Position numbers and translations under genes: made by a program. A stretch of 25,481 nt of DNA from Vermamoeba vermiformis (lineage: Eukaryota), in assembly GCA_045837725.1 (NCBI GenBank), contig JBEWZL010000080.1:62001-87481 (forward strand), written 5' to 3'. Shown piece by piece: positions 1 through 12,300 of the stretch. Under the pieces are notes generated by a model that was given only the letters and a program-made list of their open reading frames with translations, did not search any database and was not told the DNA's origin. Every line of letters starts with the position of its first letter. The first letter of the stretch is position 1.

Positions 1-2171
1 CAATTTCATGATGTACATGTTGTCAGCAGGACTTACACTCGGGACAGTAGAGATCAGGGGTGATTGTGAATGTTAGCACGTAGTCTTCAAGCACCCAAGT
101 GTACGAGTCACTTGCATTCAGCAGTACTTGCGAAGAGAATGGGAAGTTCGGACCAAGACCCACTGAGAAGACTTCAACTGGTGCCACGTTCTAGGTCACA
201 ACCATAAGATTAGAACTGCATTGACTACATCGATCACTTACGATTGGTGAAAGGTTATTTCTGTCATCGACTTGTGGAATGGAGAAGGAAAGAGAGCCAG
301 TATTGTTGTAAGTGAATTATCCTATTCTCGTGTTGCGATCAACGCACTCGAGAATCGGAACAACGTTTTGGATGGGCATTGGCGCCAAAGTATAAAGCAC
401 GTGGTTTATGCTAACGTGCACCCTGCAATTGTCACCAAGCACGACACTTCCCTAATTAAGATTATCGACCGTTAATACCAATGTGGTACTATTAGTCTCA
501 AGTACTATTAACTTACATAAGTCGAGTCGAATCCGCCATCGGGAAGGCGAGCGCGAACGTTGACGTTGAACGAGTTCCAATCCAGTCCCGTAATCTCAAA
601 GTACCGCGTTCTTGTTGACGTTCCCAATGACAGCACCGTTTGATCAACTATATATGATATTATTAGCAGATGCTATGAAGGTAACATGGAGTTTGAGGTG
701 TACGTACCGTTAGAAAAAGTTAACATGCGGTTTTCAGGACTGAAGTTGTTTGTAGGGATCAATTGGCCAGAGACTAACTCCACGAAATATGCCTAATTGG
801 CGAAACATTAAGCAAAAACGATTATGATACCATCGCTTCTCTTACCTGATTGTTGAGGTAGACATGAGTTAACGCTTTACCGTTGTGATAGATCAACGAT
901 TTGTCGTTAAGATAGAAAGTCTGGCCGTTCAAATCGGTATACGTTTTGTTCAACGTAATGGCTCCAGTGGCCTGCTCCCAAGTTAGTTTTCACTGAAATT
1001 TCACGAGACCGTTTGGCGGATCCCATGACTTGCTTAAACTACTTACGGCGTCAAGTTTGAGCAATCCACCAACACCATTGACTGACGATTGATGCATCAA
1101 GATGACTTCATCGTCGACAATTTGGTGGTTAAAGATATTAACATTCAAAGTGTTGAAGTACGTTGGAGACGCCACGATAGAAGAGCCACCGAGTTCGGTA
1201 GGTCCCGCAACGATAATCGGAAATTCCGTGGAGCTGGTGGTTGATTTGTACACCAACACTTCGGGCTTGATGGTCGTGCCGGTGAAGTCTCCGTTGATGT
1301 TTGGCTGCTGGTCGTCAGGAACAGAAGTTGAATCTTGGAAGTACAGCAGGGGGTCCGTTCTCGCGAGGTTGGTCTCAGGTCTGACTTTGACCAGCCAATC
1401 ATTTTTGTAGGGTACCATGGGTACCACACCAAAGCTGAACGGATCGCTGTAACTTGTAGTTTGGGCCAGGGTGATGGTGTTGATGACATTTGTTGAAGAT
1501 GTTCCAGAAAAATAGAACTTGTTCTCTTCAAGCATTGTTAGCAGAGGCTGTTCTTCGGGGACGAAACTAACAAAAAGTGCGATCAGATGCGATCCTAATT
1601 TTTGGCTAGGTACGTACTACAACAATGGATCATATGTGCCATCCGATGTATTAACTTTGAATATTTTAGGGCCTGAATCATAGATCAGAACGTAACCGAC
1701 CCCCTATTTTTAAGAAAGGTAAGATGCGGATTAGACTTAATTTTCATACCTTGCTATCCTGAATAAGGTCGTATGAGCTCTGCTGGACCTGCATAGAGCT
1801 ATTCGGGTCTGAAGGGAAGCGCCAAATTACGTTTAAGACCGTTGTCTTGCCATTTGAAACCGCAGAGCAACGAACCTGAAGGCAAATTAATTTATTTTCT
1901 CGGCCATTAAAAAAAATAAATTTAAAGGTTGCGATTGCTCAAATGACAATGGGGAGCAGAATACTTTTAAGATCTTCGAAAATTACAATAAAAAAATATG
2001 ACCCGCAATTCAACAATTGCCAATTGTCGTATGACCTACCGGTTTGTCTACTTTGGAATTACGTTGAGGATTTGCTCCAGGCATTGGATAGCCAGAGTTA
2101 GCTAGAGTAATCGTTGCAGTGATCCAACCGACGACGCCGAATAGAATTATCAAAACAATTAAAGGCTTCAT
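1..2171 (-). pseudogene. Surface protein paralog A (secreted beta-propeller-like protein); in-frame TAA in exon 8; 3' end runs off the window
   Basis: Exons 2171-2040, 1875-1750, 1703-1618, 1566-1047, 971-846, 792-708, 647-517, 451-242, 190-37, all GT-AG and phase-consistent. N-terminus MKPLIVLIILFGVVGWITATITLANSGYPMPGANPQRN is signal peptide plus the family motif. Codon 319-317 reads TAA where paralog B has TAC (Tyr). A sequencing error cannot be excluded. Confidence 0.7.
30..378. repeat. Near-identical copy of ~2975-3330 (exons 8-9 plus the intervening intron, paralogs A and B)
   Basis: Long identical runs, e.g. gtagtcttcaagcacccaagtgtacgagtcacttgcattcagcag and cctattctcgtgttgcgatcaacgcactcgagaatcggaacaacgttttg, occur in both copies. 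The intron is also alignable. Confidence 0.9.
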
Positions 2172-2406
2172 TTGGTATTACCAACGAACCGTTTGTTTGT
2201 TTGTAAGTTTAAGGTACAATAAAAAATAAGCGCACGAAGTATTTTCTCGTAGCCGAAATGCTAAAAATAGAAAGTGTGATTTCATGAGAGCCGGCTAATT
2301 ATCGCTATAATGCCATTATGCGAAACGAATTCGTTTTGAAATATTCACCGTCATACGATTTATCACAGAAATATTGGTTAAAATTACTTTTTTTTCAAAT
2401 CCAAAC

Positions 2407-5070
2407 TTAAAACACAAACATAACAGTTACCAGGGTGATAATGCTCGATACTACTTGCAAGGCATTTGCCGCAGAGGTGGGGTTAGTGACTACTGGCTCC
2501 GAAGTACTCGTTGGGGGTGCAACCGGTTGAGGCGGGATCTGACCTTGAACAGCGGTTGGCTGTTGTTTGCCGGAAAGACTAGTTTGAATACCACTCGGTG
2601 CTCCTGGTTGATTTTGAAGTTGTTGATTGAATTCAGTTTGTTGATTCTGGAATTGTTGCACAACTTGCGCTGGGTCTGGCTCTTGATTGGTCGGATCTGT
2701 TGTGAGGGACCAGTTAGCATTGAACGTATGAAGGCACATTGATCAACTTACCAGGAGCGACGTTAAGATCTGTTTCGAGGCTGGTCTGTTGTTGCTCTAC
2801 CGCTCGTTTCTTGGCCACTATCATCACACGACTGCCGCTGATGCCAGTCACATTGACGAATGCATCACGTACAAGAAGATCGAAGCCTGCAGGGAATGTA
2901 CCATTGGCGGTCAAGAGAATTCCGAAAGAAATCGCTGCGACAATTAGTTTCATACTTATATGCAATATACTTGAGACTTACACTCGGGACAATAGAGAGC
3001 AGGGGTGATTGTAAATGACAGTATGTAGTCTTCAAGCACCCAAGTGTACGAGTCACTTGCATTCAGCAGCACTTGCGAAGAGAATGGGAAGTTCGAACCG
3101 AGACCCACTGAGAAGACTTCAACTGGTGCCACGTTCTAGGTCACAACCATGAGATTAGAACATTGACTTTCATCAACATCGATCACTTACGATTGGTGAA
3201 AGATTATTCCTGTCATCGACTTGTGGGATGGAGAAGGAAAGAGAGCCAGTATTGTTGTAAGTGAAGTATCCTATTCTCGTGTTGCGATCAACGCACTCGA
3301 GAATCGGAACAACGTTTTGAAGGGGCAAAGGTGCTAAGGTATGAAACCTTTGAGCAATGCCTACGTGAACCCTGCAATTGTCGCCAATCACAACAGTGCC
3401 CTAGAATACGTCAGATATGTAATTATAGATGCTAATAGGTTCACTTACGTAAGATACATCTGCGTTGTAGTCAGTGGGCAGTCTGGCGCGAACGTTGACT
3501 TTCCACGTGTCCCACTCAAATCCCATGATTTCAAAGTATTGGCTATTAAGGTTGTATCCCAATGACAGCACAGTCTGGTCAACTATATAACGCCAATTAA
3601 TACTGGCATGCTTATGGAGTTACTGTATGATAGGTCTAATTCTTACCGTTAGAAAAGGCGAAGTTTCGATCAAGTGCACGGAAGGTTGTCGAAGAAGCCA
3701 AAGTTTGACCGCTAACTAGGTCCACAAAGTGTATCTAACATCATCAAGTTAGGAAAGGAAGTACTTAGAACGACATGTCTTACTCCAGAGCTCGAGATAA
3801 GATGAGCAAACGCCTTTCCGTTATGATACATAAGCGGAGAGTACAAAATGAATGCATTTCCGTTCCATGTAGCATAAGTCTGGTTTAGCGTGACCGCTCC
3901 AGTTGCCTATATTGAAAGTCAATACTTTTCTCCGTTAAACTCTTTGACTTACCGCATCGAGCTTGTAGAATCCAGCTCCATAAGCGTTCGCATAATGTGA
4001 GACTAAAATTTCATCGCCTACGATCATGACGTTCTTCGCGTATGCATTGGGCAAGCCGACAGTGTAGCTCGGCGACGCAATGATTGTAGTGCCTCCTACG
4101 GACATGGCGTACCCAGCCACAACAGGAAATTCCACTGATGAAGTCGTAGATTTGTACACTAAGACGTCTCTAATGCTCGTGCCGGTGAAGTCTCCAGTGA
4201 TGTTCGCGAGGGTCGTGTCAATGCTGGAAGTAGCGTCTTTGAAGTACATGATCACATCACCAATGAGGTTAGTCTGATACATCGATTTGACCATCCACTC
4301 GTTATTGAACGGAGCCATAGAAGTCTGAGCTCCGAAAGTTGCTGGGTCGGTAAAGTTGACCTGGATGTTGAAATTTGATGTGTCAAGTCTATTGGTCGTA
4401 GAAGCTCCGGAATAATATAACACGCCTCCTGCCAGCAGGGTAAGCCTTGGATCATCGAGTCCTGTCGAATGGCTTGAAATGAAAAGTTACAAGATCCGAT
4501 AAATAAATTTAATTTTGCCGAAACTTACTTATCTGTAACGCTATAGGAACCATCTGTAGTATTGAATCTAAAGATAGTATTCCATGAATTGTAAGTAGCT
4601 AAAATATACGCCCATCCCTGAAAATAAAGTGTCAAAATTACCAAATCCAATAAAAATAGATTGTATACCTTATCGTCTAAAGAGACCTCTCTTCCCACAG
4701 TGTGTGGATAAAATGTTGCAGGGAGATTCGGAAAGCTATGAATTACATTCAAAACAGTCGTTTTGCCGTTGGAAACAGATGCGCAACGAATCTGAAAAAT
4801 TAACCGTCAGAACTAAAAAGTTTAATTATTTAAATATTTAACAATCATTAAAAAGCTAGGATCTTGTCTGTTACATTTGTAAAGTTATTGAAATTCTTGT
4901 CTAAAAAAAGAGATCGATTGACAGAAGGTACTTACAGGTCTGTTGGATTTATAATTGCGCTGAGGATTTGCACCCGACATTGGATAGCCTGAGTCTGCTA
5001 AAGTAACTGCAGCGTGCATCCAGCCAACCAGGCACGCAACAATAATAGTGAAAACTACAATGCGCTTCAT
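2407..5070 (-). CDS. Surface protein paralog B, 682 aa: signal peptide, beta-propeller-like region, PILECV domain, SEA-like KKR domain, P/T/S stalk, GPI-like tail
   Basis: 11 exons: 5070-4936, 4791-4669, 4617-4529, 4472-3953, 3906-3784, 3734-3647, 3582-3449, 3400-3191, 3135-2982, 2934-2752, 2696-2407 (2049 nt, open). Starts MKRIVVFTIIVACLVGWMHA and ends with hydrophobic SAANALQVVSSIITLVTVMFVF, with no cytoplasmic tail. Confidence 0.88.
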
Positions 5071-5338
5071 TGCAATAGCTGCGTACCACAACCGTGAAGC
5101 TTTGAAATAAAATAATTTTTGATTAAAATCCTGGTTTAAAAACAGTTCGGAATCACATCCGTAATTATCCGGTTCACCGAATAAATTCTAGGATAGGGAA
5201 CCTTTTAAATGATTCCGATTCTTGTATCGCTAAAAATACGACATACGTTACTATTGTGAGTTTGTTCTACAAGCCAACGAACGCATCTGGCTTCGATAGA
5301 TAAAGAAAAAATCACACTAAACCAAAATTACGGTTAGT

Positions 5339-8059
5339 TTAATTAAGAATTGAATACAAAATAGTTGCAATAATTAATGTTACGCTGGCCTTGACACTCG
5401 AAGTCACGCTTTTGACCGCTATTGGCGTAGGTGCAGCTACCGGGACAGTAGGAGGACTCACAGGAGGAGCTTGAGGTGGCAATACACCTTGTACTTCCGT
5501 GTCGGTCTTTTTTCCAGTAATGGCTAAAAGAATATTAGAAACATGCGCCAAGAGATCCAGATCTGAGTTACGTACAGTCAACTTTGACGCCAGCTGGAGC
5601 GCCATCAGAATTAGCTACTAGGACTGAAAATGACTCTTGTTCATTATTTACGAAGTTTCTAACGACATCGGAAGACGAAGACTCACTTCCGGAAGGATCT
5701 AAAAAAACGTCAAACAAAACATCCGCTCATTTTGCACGTTCAGATCCTTACCAGGAGCAACTTGAAGTTCCGTCTCTAAAGTGTCTGATTGAGCTACTGA
5801 GCGTTTTTTGGCAATGATTGTCACGCGGCTGTCAGTGACACCTGTCAGCATAACGAACGCTTTTCGAACGGTCTCTTGGAAGCCTTGAGGGAAAGGTGCA
5901 TTTGCTGTCAATCTAATCGTGATCGTTGCCGCTAATAGAAGGTATCAGTATAAGCTCGTATACTACGTGAAAACTAGTACTGTAACCTACTTGTCGGGCA
6001 GGCCAGTGACGAGCCAACAGCGAACGTCAAAGTGTAGTCTTCCAAAATCCACGTGTGCGTGCTAGCGTTGGTATTCAAAAGGACTTTGTGCGATAACGGG
6101 TACAACGGTCCTTCTCCAGCAGTGAAGTCAGTCAATGGTGCGAGGCCCTAAAGCCAACAGAATTAGTTCCGTTGTCCGCAAAAACCAGCCTGTAGAGAAT
6201 TCACACGTACTTCAGGGGTTAGTTCGTTTCGATCAGCGACGTGAGGGATAACAAAGTCCTTCGAACCAGCTCCCAAGTAATTGTACGAGAAGTACGCTTC
6301 GTTAGTCGCCAAATCCACGCATTGTAATGTCGGCACGAGATTTTGAATAGGCAATGGTGCAAAAGAGTAAACTCTGTCGTTAAGAATAGTGTACATGCGG
6401 CAATTTTCACCAACGATAGGGATGCCCTACATTTTCGTTAGACCTCGCTGAAGAGTTAGCCGTGTAACTTACGTAGTTATTATCGTACATATAAGATCCG
6501 TTGAACTGAGCCACCATTTTTGTTTTCCAGGTACCCCATTCAAGACCTTTCATTTGCAAAATGCCCGTGTCATACGTGTGCGTGTACATCAGTACCGTGT
6601 TGTCCCCTAAAATGTAATCATTTACCGTTAGTGAAATCGTAGCGTATTAGCAGTGTGCTTCTTACTTTTCAGGAAGATCGGATGCGATACTAGAGTAGAT
6701 TGTGGCCCTGGTTGCGGGACGACAGTTCCTCCGAGTAAATCAACAAATTGCAGGTCTCCGTTCTAACATTATCTTTAGTGCTAAGTTCAACGCGATTCAT
6801 TTGTATACGTACTTGTCCAGTAATTTGTGTGAATAGAACGTTATTGTGGTACACAGATCTGAGAGTTGTAAAATCCCACGTGTATGAGTTACCTTGGAAA
6901 GTACTAATGTCGGTACTAACGACATCAGTATTATCAGTCTATAATTAAGATCGTTAGTACTGCGTTGCAATGAAAGAATTGTTTTGGGCTCGTACCATGT
7001 TAATGCGGATCAGTGCCGACGATGGATAGTTACTCAAATAGAACAAGTAATCACCATCAAGCCAAGCCTTTCTTGCATTGCCAGGAAAAGATTTAGTCCA
7101 ATCCTTAGTGAACACATTCGTGGGACTGGCGCTTGGATTGACCAACACGGGGGTGGTACCAGATCCGGACGTCCAAACTAAGACTGGCAACGATTCATAG
7201 CCAACATTAGCATTAGGAGCGTTAATATTCACGTTGCCTGACGCATCAATGTACGTCAAAGAGTTGCCGACGTCAACACCGGTGTTGGACTTGACCATCA
7301 AGGTGGTTCCGTACGGTGCAAAGGATGAAGGTCCCACAATAGCAGAAGGGTTAGGGTTCTCTGTTGTGGCGATAGCTAGCATAGTAGTAGTATCTACGAT
7401 TACAGATTGCCCATCTGGAGCCAAGTAAAATTTGTTGTTCTTAACGTGCGTTGGATGCGCATCTTGATCCGAAGAACCCGGCAACGTAAACCTGCAATAT
7501 TAAAATGAGACCTATTAAAAAATATTTACTTTACTTCGTACCCTGTATCCTGAGCATTATAGCTTCCATCGGTTGCGTTCACTTTGAAAATACTGATGCT
7601 CACCTCGTTGTACGATCCAGCCACGTACAAAAAACCCTAAAAAATAAATTAAAAAATCGGAGAAATGTCGGAGAACGTACGTTTTCATCCAGAGTAAGTT
7701 GTGTGGAGGTGATCTGAAATGTACCAGCGAATTGCTGTGGAGGAAAAAACCAATCAGCACTCAGTACGGTTGTTCGGCCCGGAGCTACTTGTGGGCAAAG
7801 CACCTATTAAATAGGGATGTTAGTTTATTAAGGACTCATTTGCCGAAAAACCTTCAAAATAACGGTTAATTTCGGAAAAATTATATAATTTATATTTCGT
7901 CGATTAAAAGCCGTTACTAACCGATCGATCGATTTTATAGTTTCTTTCAGGATTTCCTCCTAGCATAGGATAGCCAGAGTTTGCAAGAACCTCTGCTACA
8001 ACTACGGTGGAGCAAATCCAAAAGCCAAAAATTGCTATTAAAAGCGTTCTGGAACTCAT
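5339..8059 (-). CDS. Surface protein paralog C, 689 aa, same architecture as B
   Basis: 12 exons: 8059-7922, 7803-7681, 7636-7542, 7491-6996, 6938-6813, 6762-6666, 6606-6473, 6426-6211, 6147-5991, 5931-5752, 5698-5576, 5523-5339 (2070 nt, open). Motifs LANSGYPMLGGNPERN, FAPLPIQNLVPTLQCV, HTWILEDY and IIAKKRS. Hydrophobic C-terminus. Confidence 0.88.
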
Positions 8060-9362
8060 TTTGGTACGCAGATGTTCCCCTATGATGTAAAGATCTAAAA
8101 AGAATGTTTTAGAAAAATTTTCGTTACCCGAACGAATTCCAAATTTAGATTAATGCAGCAGCTCCCGAAGTCCGACGAGATATTCCCTGGGAATTTTCTT
8201 TGATGTTAATGCCTTGGAGCTATCAATCTATGATGATCTGGCATTTTAATCCGGAGTTGTTAGTTAGATCCGGATCTTCGTGGCAAATCCTTTCTTCTGT
8301 ACGTCTGATAGTCAACCATTCATAGAATATTCGAGTTATTCATCCAACGTATGAAGGCACAGCTCAGCAATCGCGTGGTTGTTGACTCGTCACATCCGGA
8401 TTGACTTGCAAGACCAGAATTTTTTGCTAAGAACCGAAATAAATCTAAAAATAATTTCAATAATTAGCCTAATATATGGGATATCTAATTTGGCTATTAA
8501 AGCTGGAGAATGCGCTTGGCGAATATTTTAAAATTAAAACCAAATTTGTCAAGAACACTTACTTCGTTATGTTTAACATTCCTCGCATTGTTATTAAACG
8601 ATACCACTTAATCTTTGGGAGGATGTTGAGTCTGAAAAATGATCTTTTGTGTTTCTTCGACGCCGAAGTTTAGCCCGTGCAAAATCCCGCACAATAAACT
8701 TTAACGTTCACATTAACTTTTATTGTTTTGTTTTTTTTCAGGCAGGCCACCACCTGTTGGTTAGCAACAGTATTTACCGCGCACAATGACCATTTATTAT
8801 TGATTTACGCAAGCAAATATTGAATCTAGTTCGTAATGTGATCTAGATCGGTCAAATCAACATTGCAACTGTAGAATAATTATAAATTCGTCCATGAATA
8901 TCATTCGTATTTGTAGTCTTGGAGTTGCACGTTTTGGTAAGTCGAATCAGCTTTAGATCGATTTTGATTTTATTATTATTTGGACTACAAAGTCGTTAGC
9001 ATTATAATAACAACGGCATTAGTTTATTCATTGCATTAAGAATATTTATTATAAATTTTAACAATTAAACGAAATTTATTTTAGGCACTCGTGGATGTGG
9101 CTGGTTGGCACGATACGTTTACCGAACCCACACTTCTTTCGGGTATTTAGAACACCTCTATGGCATATAAGTATCAGTAACTGAGCATATACGGGCTCTT
9201 TTTGTTTTGCAAAAATCACAGTATTTGCACGATCCAGATCCCGTGCAACCAGATCGTACTTTTCTCCAAATAGGCAGTCTAAATTTGGAAATGTCATATT
9301 TTAAACCCACGGACCCGACATGTCAAACAAGCTATTTGTCGGAATACAGAGACCACACGAGG

Positions 9363-12300
9363 ATGTATTCTCGGTACTGCGTCATACTACTAATTGGTTT
9401 AGTCTTAAGTTCCTGCGCTGGATCTGTCGCAGGACAGAAGAACTGTACAAGCTTTGACAGCGTTCGAATTCAATTGCAATGGGTCTTACAAGCACAGTTT
9501 GCAGGTACCTTATCGTTTATTTTCAATAAGGAATCAGTGACTCGATTACAGTCATTCATCATCGACTGGTTACCGAATATTTGTAAATTGATTTTAAATC
9601 TGGTCCAATACTGTAGGAAAATGAATGCTTAATTTATTTTTGTTAACAGGATATGTCATTGCACAAGAATTAGGTTATTTTACCGACGAGTGCTTGAATG
9701 TGGTTGTTTTGTCAGGTGGACCAGGAGTGGATTCTGCCGAATGGGTAAGCTTAGCGTTGCTCATGGAAGTTTGAATCATTTGCTGCGGGGGTTCCGCTTC
9801 GATTTAAAGTATTGAAGCAATTTTTGGAAACTCCGAACCGATCGGATCCTGCTCCATAAATCCCGTTTTAAATAACGTAATAATATTAAATTAATATTTG
9901 ACTAGGTGATTAAAGACATTGCTCAATTTGGCGTTGCTTGGTCTCAAGTCAGTTTGAAATCGAAACTGGCGGGATCAGACATTGTCATCATTTCTCAGGT
10001 ACGTACAATACGAATGATATAGATAGACAGTCCTAGACAGATACATATACGAAATTGTGAATCTGCGATTGTCAGATCAAGCAATTTACACTTTTCTTCA
10101 AATAGGTTTTTCAACGTAGCGCGACTCTCGCGGTTGCGCGCGCAGACGAAGATATAAAAACTCTTAGAGATTTAAAAGGTAAAACAGTGGCTATGTGGGA
10201 CAATTTGGATGAAGGTAAGGATCGCGATGGATTTCAGATTCATTTTGGCTTAGAAACGTGCTTCTGAAAACATTTGATATTTGAGGGGCAGTACCATTGT
10301 TTGACATCGTTTTTAGAGTTCCGAGCGGCCCTTATTAAAGAAGGAATAAACATCGACACCGACATCAACCGCATCTCGCAAAATTTCAGTCCTTTAGGCT
10401 TGCTCCAAGGTAGATCAGATTGCGTAAGTGTAATTTTAAAATTTCCGAATTAAGAACCAAACCTGGCTTGTGTGGAGAACGGATCCCAAGCCAATTTACT
10501 GTAAATTATGATGTTTATTAAGTCGACGATTGAATGCAGGTCATGGCCACGACATACAACGAGCTCCCACAGTTATTGGGATACATCGAGCCCAATGCTA
10601 CGCAATTGTACAAACTCGATAATTTCACTATTTTTAGCTTCGAAGATCTCGGTACGTATTTTGATCCGTGTATTATCTGTTCGATTTATGTCGAAACTTA
10701 CCTTGATATCATTTCCGGTAAAGATTCAACGATGTGAAGTCATTAAATTTATCGGTATCGAGACTAATTCGGCCGAAAACGGAAATTTTGTTCAAGTTCC
10801 GAATTTCCATTTTTGTAATTGATGGATCGGGCAGCTTGCGTACTGTTTAAATATACCTAACTTCATCACTTAGGCACTGCTACGTTACAAGACAGTTTAT
10901 TCGTATCACGTGCTTGGCTCAACAACACTGCAAACCAAGATATTGCCAAGCGATTTTTAAGGTATTTTATAACGAACACAATTGAAAATCGATCCAGATC
11001 TAATTATGGCATTAGAGCAATGACGCGAGGTTGGATGCATTGCCGCGATTATATGGAAGATTGTGTCAACTTGATTTGGAGTGGCAATGATTATCAGCGG
11101 TGGATGATGAATGAAGTCAACAAGCTGATCTGGTATTTTGATCCGGATCGATTATTATTTTTCATGAAATACTAATAATGTATCGACAGGACCACAGATG
11201 AGACTTTTGGCCTGATGAACAGCTCGAAGTGGGCGAATACCGTTAATGTATTGAGCAAGGCTGGTATTATTCCTCCAGGAAATTACAGCGATACGTACGA
11301 GTAAGTGTTTTTTTTCCCTTATTAGGCAAGACACGTTAATAAATTCATCTCAGCATGACACTGATGTCAGAAGTCGTGGCTGAATTACAAGCGGCAGGTT
11401 CAACACTGCGCGTGAGTAATTTCGGTGCGTCGAACTTCAGCTGGTGTTTGCGAAGTGCGAGCTGTCCTGGCGCGAGCAGCACGGCGTACATTTGCACGGG
11501 CAACGAGAGAAGTAAGTCGTCTCTCTTTCTTGTCAATTATTCTGACAGCTATGTGAGGCCCTGCTTACTTGTACATCACCAACAACTTCACACTTCCAAT
11601 GCTCGTTATTGCTGCTGCGCTCGTGGCTCTTACGCTTGCTGTAGGCGGGATAGTGCTGTACAAGTACGTCAACGTAATGACCACGCATTGCTTATTGTTG
11701 GACGCATTCAAATTCATACAACCCAATTTTTTCGCGCTAACAACAAAAATGTCGGCACTCGTCACGCGACCCCATAGTCACGTGGGACTTTCCTAATAAG
11801 GCATAACCGGAGCCATCCCCAATGGCATTGTTGCCATATGGGGTTGATATAGATGCAATGCCTAGGGAGGTCGGGAGAGTGCGCAACATTATGGTTGTTT
11901 TCGCGAAAAAATCGAGTTGAATTTGAATGCGTCCAACAATAATGCATTTACTAACACTTGTCAGACGCGAGTCAGTTGTGATGAAGAGTGCCACCGTGTT
12001 GTTCATGTTGGTAATGCTCGTGGGCATCATCTTCATTTACGTGTCTGTCATCATGTACTCGCTTGACCACTCCACTGTCGTACGTTTAATATACATTTTC
12101 AGCATTGATGATGCATTACTAATGTTGTCAATCAGACGTGCTCGCTCTTCATCTGGTTGCTCTCGATCGGATTTTCGTTGCTATTTGTGTATGTAGACTT
12201 GCTTTATCGTTACGCTGCTTCTCCTGCTAATTATGTGGCGGACTGCAGGAGCTTATTCGTAAAGACGATTCGTGTTCATCGCATTTTCAAGAAAAATCTG

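Noticed and set aside
317-319. Alternative genetic code (TAA read as an amino acid)
   Set aside because: TAA is the terminal stop of most genes here, and no other internal TAA/TAG was seen in the reconstructed frames.
8476-9170. Possible small spliced plus-strand gene (exon-like pieces near 8742-8832, 8875-8936, 9085-9170)
   Set aside because: Some splice-like signals are present, but I could not build a consistent open frame with a start codon or any recognisable motif.
11549-11557. Apparent in-frame TGA (selenocysteine or pseudogene) in the GPCR if the CAG at 11546-11548 is the acceptor
   Set aside because: That CAG overlaps the likely CTGAC branch site. The next AG (11556-11557) restores an open frame (ERSPAYLY), so no recoding is needed.
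11565-12036. Overlapping ORFs sharing IVGRIQI on opposite strands
   Set aside because: By-product of the MITE inverted repeats, not genes.
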